A stretch of DNA of 49,393 nt from Anderseniella sp. (GTDB lineage Bacteria > Pseudomonadota > Alphaproteobacteria > Rhizobiales > Aestuariivirgaceae): NCBI GenBank assembly GCA_036350935.1, contig JAZBOA010000095.1, positions 1 through 49,393 on the forward strand. The letters are read 5' to 3'. The notes beneath the pieces are model-generated. The model ran no database searches. It had not been told where the DNA came from and saw only the letters and a program-made list of their open reading frames with translations. Made by a program: the position numbers and the translations under genes. How positions within the stretch are numbered: the first letter of the stretch is position 1; every line of letters starts with the position of its first letter. Shown one piece after another: positions 27,231 to 36,030 of this stretch.

Positions 27231-28190
27231 CTATACCTGCTCGGCCATCAGGCACAGCAGTTCGAACATCATGGTGACGCCCGCCAGCGCAGTGTAGCCG
27301 GACGGGTCGAACGGCGGCGACACCTCGACCACGTCGGCGCCGATCAGGTTCAACCCGCGCAAGGCGCGCAGCATGGCCTGCGCCTCGCGCGTGGTGAATC
27401 CACCTGCCTCCGGCGTGCCGGTGCCGGGTGCGAACGCCGGGTCCAGGCAATCGATGTCGAAAGTCACGTAGGTCTCACCGCCGCCCACGATCTTGCACGC
27501 CCGCTCCATGGTCTTGTCGAGGCCATCGGCAACCGCTTCCTCGATGCTGATCATGGTTACGCCGTGCTTCGCCCCGAACTCGCGGTCTGACCAGTCATAG
27601 ACGCCGCCGCGCAGCCCGATCTGCACCGTGCGCTTCGGGTCCAGCACGCCTTCCTCGATGGCCCGGGCGAACGGTGTCCCGTGGGTGAACTTCGAGCCGT
27701 GGAAATAGCTGTCCCACAAGTCCGAGTGGGCATCGAACTGGATCATGCCGACCGGCTTGTCCTTGCCCAGCGCCCGCAGGATCGGCAACGAGCACAGGTG
27801 ATCGCCGCCGGCCGACAGCGGCCGGATGCCGGCTGCCTTGACCTTGTTGTAGAAAGTCTCGATCCGCCCCATCGCGTCCATCAGGTCGGCCGGGTTGACC
27901 GGCGCATCGCCAAGGTCCGCCACGTTGGCCAGCCTGAACGGCTCGATCTTCAGGTGATGATGCACCGCGCGGATCATGGCGGACGCATCGCGCATCTGCC
28001 GCGGTCCGTGGCGCGGGCCCGGCCGGTTGGTGGTGCCGCCATCCCACGGCACGCCGATCAGGCCGATGTCCACGTCGCCTGCGTCTTCAAGCTTGACCTG
28101 CGGCAGCCGCATGAACGTGGCCACGCCGGCAAAGCGCGGCACTTCAAGGCCCGGGATTGGTTGATAGAAATCGTTGTTGGGACGGCTCAT
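27231..28190 (-). CDS. Ureohydrolase (agmatinase family), closest in my recollection to guanidinopropionase GpuA
   Basis: PRFAGVATFMRLP, GVPWDGGTTNR, GGDH, DAHSD, HGTPF, DIDCLDPAFAPGTGTPE. Confidence 0.88.
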   Translation of the reverse strand: MSRPNNDFYQPIPGLEVPRFAGVATFMRLPQVKLEDAGDVDIGLIGVPWDGGTTNRPGPRHGPRQMRDASAMIRAVHHHLKIEPFRLANVADLGDAPVNPADLMDAMGRIETFYNKVKAAGIRPLSAGGDHLCSLPILRALGKDKPVGMIQFDAHSDLWDSYFHGSKFTHGTPFARAIEEGVLDPKRTVQIGLRGGVYDWSDREFGAKHGVTMISIEEAVADGLDKTMERACKIVGGGETYVTFDIDCLDPAFAPGTGTPEAGGFTTREAQAMLRALRGLNLIGADVVEVSPPFDPSGYTALAGVTMMFELLCLMAEQV

Positions 28191-28293
28191 GTCTCTGCCT
28201 CGTTGCGGATCGGGAGACACAGACTTGAACAACTGACCCCGTTCAGGCAAGCCTTGGTTTCACAAAAGTTTTTCAACGCTCCGGACCTGCCCC

Positions 28294-29820
28294 ATGAACC
28301 TTGCCCACTGGATCGAACGCAACGCGCTGGAACTGCCGGACCACCCCGCCGTGGGCAAGGGCAAGCAGGCCGTCTGGACCCACGCCCAGCTGCGCGAGCG
28401 GGTGGAACGGCTGGCCGGCGGGCTGCTTGCCCTGGGCCTCGAGCGCGGCGACCGCGTCGGCCTCGCCATGAAGAACGTCCCGGAATACTTCGAATGCCTG
28501 TTCGCCATCTGGCATGCTGGCCTTGCCGCCGTGCCGATGAACGCCAAGCTTCACGCCTCGGAATTCAGCTACATTATCGGGAATTCAGGCTGCCGTGCGG
28601 TGTTCACGACGCCGGATTTAACTGGGGTTTTGCGCGAAGTTCAGCCGCGCTGCGTTGAACACGTCATCGATGTCGCCTCGCCCGCCTATGCCGCCTTGCT
28701 CAGCCACGGCCGCGCGAAGATCACCTATGTCGAGCCGGACGAACTGGCCTGGCTGTTCTACACTTCCGGCACCACCGGCAGGCCCAAGGGTGCCATGCTG
28801 TCCCACCGCAACATCGTGGCGATGACCCTCAACTACTTCACCGACTTCGACCGCGTGAGGCCGGAAGACTCGATCCTCCACCCCGCCCCGTTGAGCCACG
28901 GCTCGGGCATGTGGATGTTCCCGCACGTGTGCGCCGGCGCGGTCAACGTGGTGCCGGACTCGGGCGGCTTCGACCCGGCCGAGATTTTTGACCTCATCGG
29001 CCACTGGCAGGGTGTGTCGATGTTCGCCGCCCCCACCATGGTGCGCCGGCTGACCACTTCCGGCATCGAGGCTGACGTGTCCAACCTCAAGCTGATCATC
29101 TATGGCGGTGCACCGATGTACGTCGAGGATTGCATCGCCGCGCTTGACCGCTTCGGCCCCAAGCTTGCCCAGCTTTATGGTCAGGGCGAAAGCCCGATGA
29201 CCATCACCCACCTGTCGCGCGAGGTGATGGCTGACCGCGATCACCCGAAATGGCGCCACCGCCTGGGCTCAGCCGGCGTGGCTGACAGCTGCGTCCATGT
29301 GCGCGTGGTGGACGAGGACGGCAACGAGCTGCCCGTTGGCGAAAAGGGGGAGATCATCTGCCGGGGCGACAGCGTCATGTCCGGCTACTGGAACAATCCC
29401 GAAGCCACCGCCAAGGCATTGAAGAACGGCTGGCTGTGGACCGGCGACGTGGGGCTTTTCGACGAGGATGGCTACCTCACCATCACCGACCGCTCCAAGG
29501 ACCTGATCATTTCCGGCGGCACCAATGTCTACCCGCGCGAGGTGGAAGAGGTACTGCTGCAGCTGCCGGAACTGGCGGAAGTGTGCGTCATCGGCCGGCC
29601 CCACCCGGACTGGGGCGAAGTGGTGGTCGCCTACCTGGTAAAGGAGCCCGGCGCAGAGATTTCACAATCTGCGGTCGATGCCCATTGCCTTGAAAACATG
29701 GCACGCTTCAAGCGGCCCAAGGCCTATCGCTTCGTCGATGCCTTGCCCAAGAGCAACTATGGCAAGATACTGAAAACCGAAGTCCGCGACATCGAGAAGG
29801 GCTTTGACTGGGAGGACTAG
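28294..29820 (+). CDS. AMP-dependent acyl-CoA synthetase
   Basis: YTSGTTGRPKG, YGQGE, TGD, PKSNYGK. Confidence 0.9.
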   Translation: MNLAHWIERNALELPDHPAVGKGKQAVWTHAQLRERVERLAGGLLALGLERGDRVGLAMKNVPEYFECLFAIWHAGLAAVPMNAKLHASEFSYIIGNSGCRAVFTTPDLTGVLREVQPRCVEHVIDVASPAYAALLSHGRAKITYVEPDELAWLFYTSGTTGRPKGAMLSHRNIVAMTLNYFTDFDRVRPEDSILHPAPLSHGSGMWMFPHVCAGAVNVVPDSGGFDPAEIFDLIGHWQGVSMFAAPTMVRRLTTSGIEADVSNLKLIIYGGAPMYVEDCIAALDRFGPKLAQLYGQGESPMTITHLSREVMADRDHPKWRHRLGSAGVADSCVHVRVVDEDGNELPVGEKGEIICRGDSVMSGYWNNPEATAKALKNGWLWTGDVGLFDEDGYLTITDRSKDLIISGGTNVYPREVEEVLLQLPELAEVCVIGRPHPDWGEVVVAYLVKEPGAEISQSAVDAHCLENMARFKRPKAYRFVDALPKSNYGKILKTEVRDIEKGFDWED

Positions 29821-29823
29821 ACC

Positions 29824-30381
29824 ATGGCCGTGATCCAGGTACAGGGCGTTCACCACATCACGCTGAACGGCGCCGACCGGCAGACCTCCATCGACTTCTG
29901 GGAAGGTGTGCTCGGCATGCCGTTCGTGTTCGAGCAGCCGAACCTGGACGACCCGGAAACCAACCACCTCTATTTCGATCCCGGCGACGGACGGCTGATC
30001 ACCATCTTCACCCGCGAGGACCGCGAGCCGGACGCCCGGCCCAACCCCAACGGCATCGGCAACCTGCACCACATCGCCTTCATCGTGTCGCGCGCCACCT
30101 ACACGCAACTGGTGGACCGGCTGGAGGAAGCAGGTTTCGGCAATTCCGGCGAGGTGGACCGGGGCTTCATGGACTCGTTCTATTTCCGCGACCCGCTGGG
30201 CCAGCTGCTGGAACTGGCGTGCTACAAGTTCGACCCGCCCTTCGGCTTCACCCACGCCGACGTGCTGCACGAGGCCCACAAGCTCCGGGTCGAGGAAGGC
30301 GACTACAACATATCCGACACCCACATCGCCGACGCGCTGATGGTGCTGAGCCAGCGCCGGACGGGGACATTGAGTGAGTGA
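29824..30381 (+). CDS. VOC/glyoxalase-family protein
   Basis: GVHHITL, HLYF, LHHIAF, YFRDPLGQLLE. Confidence 0.88.
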   Translation: MAVIQVQGVHHITLNGADRQTSIDFWEGVLGMPFVFEQPNLDDPETNHLYFDPGDGRLITIFTREDREPDARPNPNGIGNLHHIAFIVSRATYTQLVDRLEEAGFGNSGEVDRGFMDSFYFRDPLGQLLELACYKFDPPFGFTHADVLHEAHKLRVEEGDYNISDTHIADALMVLSQRRTGTLSE

Positions 30382-30535
30382 ACGCGGCTCGGGTGATGCG
30401 CACGCTGCTTCAGATGGCAGCTCTGCGGTTGAAGCGGGTATGTTCTATGAATACCGGATATCTGCTACTCCCCCGTTGCAGACTATGGCTGAACCAGCAG
30501 ACTCGTTGGCCCCGGACCAGTTCTGCTGGGAAATA

Positions 30536-31378
30536 TTAGCCCAGCGCAGCCCGGACAACAGGGTTCATCTTGCCGGGTTCTGTCAGCGCGGCCATATGCC
30601 CGCCCCGCTCCAGTTCCTCAAAACGCCAATCTGTACAGGCCTGCTTCATCAGGTCGACGATCTCACTTATCGAGTTAACAGTATCACTTGCACTGATCAC
30701 AGTCGTATGCTTGGGGAGCTTGGCAATCCATTCTGACAAAGGGATGCTCTCGTTCATGACTGCGCCCCATTCATGGAAGTTCGGCTTCAGCGCTTGGGCA
30801 AACTTCACTCGCCGTTCTTGCGGCATGGCATCCCAGCTGCCGTCTCCTGTCCAGTAGTCGGCAAAAACGGCTGCAGCTGCCTCCCAATCCTCCTTGGCGC
30901 CATTTTCTTTGATGCAGTCTCTCAAGCTTTTCGCTTCAGCAAAAGCATCCAGCCGTTGGTCCAGTTCTAGCAAATAGAAAGGATTGGGTTCGATAAGTAC
31001 AAGCCGTTCAACCCGATCACCAAACAGTGCAGCCGCTTTCATCGCGACCGAGCCGCCGAATGAATGCCCAACTATAGAGAACCTGCGTTCCTGATCGGGC
31101 AGGATCGCGTGCAGCAGTTCTGCTTGATCCAGCAACGTCTGACCGCGCGACATCGTCCATGCATCAGTTCCTCCATAGCCATACAGGTTAACGGCAATCA
31201 GATGAAATTGATCAGAAAGGTCGTCCATCAAACGACGCCACTGGCTCGCGCCGGCGACGCTTGAGTGAAGTAGTACAACGGTTGGCCCGTCGCCTTTTTC
31301 AAGATAATCCACAATAGGTTCGCTCATCCAAAGCACCTGTCTGCCCAATATGAAATCTTCAAACGCTTGTTTGGACAC
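30536..31378 (-). CDS. Alpha/beta-fold hydrolase
   Basis: VVLLHS, GYG, GHSFGG nucleophile elbow, C-terminal GGHM; AT-richer codons. Confidence 0.88.
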   Translation of the reverse strand: MSKQAFEDFILGRQVLWMSEPIVDYLEKGDGPTVVLLHSSVAGASQWRRLMDDLSDQFHLIAVNLYGYGGTDAWTMSRGQTLLDQAELLHAILPDQERRFSIVGHSFGGSVAMKAAALFGDRVERLVLIEPNPFYLLELDQRLDAFAEAKSLRDCIKENGAKEDWEAAAAVFADYWTGDGSWDAMPQERRVKFAQALKPNFHEWGAVMNESIPLSEWIAKLPKHTTVISASDTVNSISEIVDLMKQACTDWRFEELERGGHMAALTEPGKMNPVVRAALG

Positions 31379-31608
31379 ACCCTCTCATTGATCAATGCTA
31401 TCAGACGCTGCCCAATGCGTCATCGTGAGCACCGCAAGGCCGTTCGTTCGACCAGAACGAAGGAAGTTCCTGATACCTTTCGGACGACCGAGACCACGCT
31501 GGAGGCAGATCGCTTGCGAGGGCATAACAGACCGTGTTCGAGGCAGTCGAAATCCGCCGGAGTAGACGCCAAAGGGAACTACGGGTCTTTGACACATTCT
31601 ATCGAAGT

Positions 31609-32889
31609 TCAGTGCAATCCTGCCACAGGCGGCGCTTTGGCAAGAACCGGCCGGCGCGAAAGCAGGGTTCGGCGCGCCTCGTCTGCTAGACCCAGCTTCA
31701 TCAGCGTATGAACATAGGTGAGTTCGATCAGGTCACGCTGGGCGCGGCTTCCGCCGAGACGATCAGCACTTGCGAGAACAGGTGTGAGTTCATCCAGTGC
31801 CGCTGACCAATTGCCTCGTGCAATTCCTTCGAAGGCTCTCGCAACCGGCCTGACGAGGTCTCCTGCAAACCCTTTTGCAGCCTCGGCAATTCGCGCCAGA
31901 CGTTCTCCTTCTCCCGCCATTGCGTGGCTTAGGGCGGCATGTATGTCGGCAAAGCTCTGCCCGGTTTCAGGGAAGTACTTTACGGCGTAATCGCTGATCG
32001 CTTTCCATCGCTGGGAATCTACGGTGAAGCCCGCAATGCTGGCGCGATGCAGGATCGCGACGGTGTCGGTGAGGATGTTTATAGGCAGTCCCTTGGATGC
32101 ATCAGGGCCGACCAAGCTGTCGAGAGTGGCCCACATTGTCTCTTCATCGCCTGCATGCAGCGCCCAAAGCGCAAGATGCCAGCTCAGGTGCCCGTGCAAG
32201 ACCGCGCGGTCGTCATAGTCCTGGAGCCATTCAGCCAGGTATTGCCGGCCCGCCGCCGTCTCGCCCGCCTCGTACTCAGCGTGAGCCTTGAAATGCGCTC
32301 CGTTGGCATTACGGGGGTTCAACGCCAGCGCCTTCTCCATCAGCCTTTGCGAAGCAGCAATCTGCCCGGTTTCGCAAAGTGAAATGGCGTGCATGGACAT
32401 CATCCACCAGTCCTCGCCATAGTGCGGCATCAGTGCATCGGTAAAGGCCAGCAATTCCGCCTCATGCGCAACTTCACCCGAAAAGCCTATCAACCCGAAC
32501 ACGCTGGTGCAGAGCTGCGCCACCATTGCATCTCGAGGATGTTCGAGCACGTGCGCTCTGACAGCCTGGCACGCCTTGGCAGCTTCGCCTGACAGCAGAA
32601 GGGCAATTGTTCCAATGTGATCACGCTCTCTCTGAGTGGCGGACGCCGCCAATGCTTTTGCTTGCTCGTTGGCAGCCTTTGCCTCTGCCACCCTGCCGGC
32701 AGACATCTGTGCGCGGGCGAGCCCTGCATGCCCCAGGGCAAAGCCGGGGTCCTCGGTTACCGACGCCTCAAACGCCTCAACAGCTCCGAAATTCGCACCA
32801 AGGAACAATCTTAAGCCGGTGTTGTAGTGGTCCAACGCTTCGCTTGAGTGTGTTGAAATGGCGTTCCCGTATCCGTCTTGAAGCGCCAT
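31609..32889 (-). CDS. TPR protein, TTC38-like
   Basis: HPRD, ANGAHFKAH, HGHLSWHLAL, FADIH, C-terminal GGSRAQRD. Confidence 0.8.
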   Translation of the reverse strand: MALQDGYGNAISTHSSEALDHYNTGLRLFLGANFGAVEAFEASVTEDPGFALGHAGLARAQMSAGRVAEAKAANEQAKALAASATQRERDHIGTIALLLSGEAAKACQAVRAHVLEHPRDAMVAQLCTSVFGLIGFSGEVAHEAELLAFTDALMPHYGEDWWMMSMHAISLCETGQIAASQRLMEKALALNPRNANGAHFKAHAEYEAGETAAGRQYLAEWLQDYDDRAVLHGHLSWHLALWALHAGDEETMWATLDSLVGPDASKGLPINILTDTVAILHRASIAGFTVDSQRWKAISDYAVKYFPETGQSFADIHAALSHAMAGEGERLARIAEAAKGFAGDLVRPVARAFEGIARGNWSAALDELTPVLASADRLGGSRAQRDLIELTYVHTLMKLGLADEARRTLLSRRPVLAKAPPVAGLH

Positions 32890-33095
32890 CAGCGTACCCC
32901 TGCCTCACATGATAAATTCAACAAAGATGCGATTGCAGTATGGATGAAATAGCTACTCGTTCAAAGGATGCCGGGCCCCTGTACACATCTCGTCTTCAAA
33001 TTGCACAAGCGTATGAGATGGCAAAAGTCCGGCCCGTTACCCGGTGCCAGCGGTTGAACGCAGGCTGCCAGGCACGAGCAAAACCTGGCGAATGA

Positions 33096-33602
33096 TCACC
33101 CCGACTGAACCGGCTTCTTCGCCCGCCCCCGCATGGCAGGCCGCCACACGCCCAGGATGACATTGGCCACCGTCAGCGCCAGCACCACGGCGAGCGCCTG
33201 CCACTCGCTGGCAATCGCTTCCTGCAACTGCGCCTGAGTCGCCGAGCCATCGGCCACCTTCACCGAAAACTCAGCCGCCGCATTTGCCTTGTGGCCGACG
33301 AAGCCAAGGGTGCCCTCGAACATCGAGATGCCCAGCAGCGCCTTCGCCCACGCCCAGCGCTGGTCAAGAAACGGCGCGTGCACCGCCATGGCAACGAGGC
33401 CGGACACCAGCGCCACCGCCAGCGACGGCACCAGCAGGTAGTCGCAGATGGCGCTGATCGAGGCGCGCAGGTCTGCGTATTGCTGCGGCGTGTCCTGCGG
33501 CCCGTAGACCAGCAGCACGCCATAGCCCGCCAGCGCCCCGATCATGCCGCAGGCAGCCAGGCTGTGCAGGATTTTCAGTGTCTTGCGGGTGCGCTGCGCC
33601 AA
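33096..33602 (-). CDS. DUF2269-like membrane protein
   Basis: LKILH, four hydrophobic segments, WAWAK, GVWRP; TTG start with GAGG RBS. Confidence 0.65.
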   Translation of the reverse strand: MAQRTRKTLKILHSLAACGMIGALAGYGVLLVYGPQDTPQQYADLRASISAICDYLLVPSLAVALVSGLVAMAVHAPFLDQRWAWAKALLGISMFEGTLGFVGHKANAAAEFSVKVADGSATQAQLQEAIASEWQALAVVLALTVANVILGVWRPAMRGRAKKPVQSG

Positions 33603-33620
33603 GTCCCAACCTCTCGCTCG

Positions 33621-34802
33621 TCACCCCTTGACGTTCAGACGCCGCGGAGTGTTGCACAAGGTTTCGACGCCGGTCTCGGTAATGAGGATCGGCTCGGTGA
33701 TCTCCAGCCCGCCGTCATCCAGCCACAGGGCCGGCATGAAGTGGAAGATCATGCCGGGCTTCAGCACGTTCTTGTCGCCACGGCGGAACGACATGGTGCG
33801 CTCGCCCCAGTCCGGCGGATAGCTGAGCCCGATGGAATAGCCGGTGCGCGAGTCCTTCGAAAACCCGTGCCTCTCCAGCGTGTCGTAGAAAGCGATGGCG
33901 ATATCCTCGCAGGTATTGCCGGGCTTCGCCTTCTCTAGGCCGGCGTCCACGGCTTCGAGCACCGCCTTCTCGGCGTCGAGATACTTCTGTGGCACCTTTC
34001 CGAGGAACAGCGTGCGCGACTGCGGGCAGTTGTAGCGCCGGTAGCAGCCGGCAATCTCGAAGAAGGTGCTCTCGCCTTGCCTGAACGGCCGGTCGTCCCA
34101 GGTCAGGTGAGGTGCGGTGGCGTCCATACCGGACGGCAGCATCGGCACGATGGCCGGATAGTCGCCCCAGTGCCCGTCCGCGCCTTCCACCGAGACCTTG
34201 TAGAGCTCGGCCACCAGCCGGTTTTTGGGCAGGCCCACCTCTGCCATGTCGACGATGGTGGCGTGCATGCGCTCGACGATCTTTGCCGCACGGCGCATGA
34301 ACTCGATCTCGTTGGCCGACTTGATGGCGCGCTGCCAGTTGACCAGGCCAACCGCGTCGCTGAACTTCGCCTGAGGCAGATGTTTTTTCAGGCTCTCCCA
34401 CGCCGCCGCCGTGAACCAGTAATTGTCCATCTCGACGCCGATGCGGGCCTTCTCCCAGCCGCGCTCCTTGATGATGCCGGACAGGTGGTCCATCGGGTGG
34501 CGCTCGGTGGACTGCACATAGTGGTCGGGGTAACCGATGATGTTGTCATGCGCCATGAAGGCGGTGCGATAGGCGCCATTGGCGTCCATGCCGCGCCCCC
34601 ACCAGACCGGCTCTCCCTCGAGGCCCACCAGCACCGCCTGGTGCACATAGAATGACCAGCCGTCATAGCCGGTCAGCCACCCCATGTTGGACGGGTCGGA
34701 CACGATGATCAGGTCAAGCCCCCGTTCGGCCATGGCGGCCCGGGTCTTGGCGATGCGCGCGGTGTACTCATCGCGCGAAAAATGCAATACGGCGTCAGTC
34801 AT
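33621..34802 (-). CDS. doeA: Ectoine hydrolase (M24 family)
   Basis: WLTGYDGWSFYVHQ, YVQSTERHPMD, GVEMDNYWF, YPPDWGERT. Confidence 0.88.
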   Translation of the reverse strand: MTDAVLHFSRDEYTARIAKTRAAMAERGLDLIIVSDPSNMGWLTGYDGWSFYVHQAVLVGLEGEPVWWGRGMDANGAYRTAFMAHDNIIGYPDHYVQSTERHPMDHLSGIIKERGWEKARIGVEMDNYWFTAAAWESLKKHLPQAKFSDAVGLVNWQRAIKSANEIEFMRRAAKIVERMHATIVDMAEVGLPKNRLVAELYKVSVEGADGHWGDYPAIVPMLPSGMDATAPHLTWDDRPFRQGESTFFEIAGCYRRYNCPQSRTLFLGKVPQKYLDAEKAVLEAVDAGLEKAKPGNTCEDIAIAFYDTLERHGFSKDSRTGYSIGLSYPPDWGERTMSFRRGDKNVLKPGMIFHFMPALWLDDGGLEITEPILITETGVETLCNTPRRLNVKG

Positions 34803-34893
34803 TGGTGGGCAGCCCCTCGACGGCAGGTGACAGATGGTCCAAGAATGACGCCCGAACGCCCCTCCTTTCAATCCTGCCAGCGACATAATTTTC

Positions 34894-36030
34894 ATGGGTA
34901 CAGTTTTCGACATCATCGTCATCGGCGGCGGCATTGCCGGCATGTCGGCCGCTGCCGAACTCAGCCGCGATCACAAGGTCTGCGTGCTGGAGCGCGAAGC
35001 GGCCGCCGGCTACCACTCCACCGGACGCTCTGCCGCCACCTTCGTGCCCAGCTACGGCCCACCCGCCTTCCAGGCGCTGGCGCGGGCCAGCGAGGCGTTC
35101 TTTACCGGCGCCGATCCGCAATTCTGGCCTGAGCCGCTGCTTAGCCCCCGTGGCGAGGTGATGATGATCGCGCCCGGTGAGGAAGCCCACATTGCCGAAG
35201 GCCAGGCGCTGGGCCTGATCGACCTGCCGCTTGACGAGTTGAAGCGCCGCGTGCCGCTGTTGAGGCAGGAGACGCTGGTGGCCGCGCTGATCGACGAGGC
35301 TGCCCGCGACATCGACGTGGACCTGCTGCTGCAGGGTTACGTGAAGCTGCTGCGCGCACGCGGCGGCGAGGTCCGCTTCAAGGCGGAAGTGACCGGCTTC
35401 ACCCGGCACTATGGCGCCTGGCAGGTGCAGACTGCAGGGGGTGACAGCTTCAGCGCCGGGATGGTGGTCAATGCCGCCGGCGCCTGGGCGTCAGAAATCG
35501 GACGGCAGGCCGGAGCGCAGGACATTGCCATCACGCCGAAGCGCCGCTCCGCCATGCTGCTCGACTTGCCGCCGGATTGCGGACTGGACGGCTGGCCCCT
35601 GTGCTTCGGCGCTGGAGAAACCTTCTATTTCAAGCCCATGGGCGGCCGGCTGATGCTGTCGCCCGCCGACGCAACGCCGGTCGACCCGCATGATGCGTGG
35701 GCCGACGACATGGCGCTTGCCGAGGCGGTGGAGAAGTTCCAGCAGGTGATCGACTTCGAAGTCACCCACGCCGGCCAGAGCTGGGGCGGCCTGCGCTCGT
35801 TCGCGCCTGACGGCAACCCGGTCGTTGGCTTTGACGAGGTCCAGGACCACTTCATCTGGCTCGCCGGACAGGGGGGATACGGCATCCAGTCGGCGCCCGC
35901 GCTGGGACGCATGATCTCCAGCTTGGTCAACTCCGATCACACCATACGGGAAAGCACCTACGCCGGGCTTGAACTGGCAGCCATTTCCCCTGCAAGGTTT
36001 GCAGGCGGCGGAAAGACACAAGGTGACTAG
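34894..36030 (+). CDS. FAD-dependent D-amino-acid oxidoreductase (D-arginine dehydrogenase DauA-like)
   Basis: GGGIAG, GYHSTGRSAA, NAAGAW, WGGLRSF, GQGGYGIQSAPA. Confidence 0.85.
   Translation: MGTVFDIIVIGGGIAGMSAAAELSRDHKVCVLEREAAAGYHSTGRSAATFVPSYGPPAFQALARASEAFFTGADPQFWPEPLLSPRGEVMMIAPGEEAHIAEGQALGLIDLPLDELKRRVPLLRQETLVAALIDEAARDIDVDLLLQGYVKLLRARGGEVRFKAEVTGFTRHYGAWQVQTAGGDSFSAGMVVNAAGAWASEIGRQAGAQDIAITPKRRSAMLLDLPPDCGLDGWPLCFGAGETFYFKPMGGRLMLSPADATPVDPHDAWADDMALAEAVEKFQQVIDFEVTHAGQSWGGLRSFAPDGNPVVGFDEVQDHFIWLAGQGGYGIQSAPALGRMISSLVNSDHTIRESTYAGLELAAISPARFAGGGKTQGD

Larger units (their letters stand above)
30425..33058. mobile_element. Inserted two-gene module bounded by the 9-bp direct repeat GCGGTTGAA
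   Basis: Repeat at 30425-30433 and 33050-33058, visibly lower GC inside, and the empty site rebuilds a hairpin. Confidence 0.65.

Noticed and set aside
30494-30540. Integron attC site after the hydrolase
   Set aside because: A hairpin is present but there are no RYYYAAC/GTTRRRY boxes and no integron integrase.
31385-31597. Small ORFs between the hydrolase and the TPR gene
   Set aside because: No motifs, convincing RBS or codon bias.
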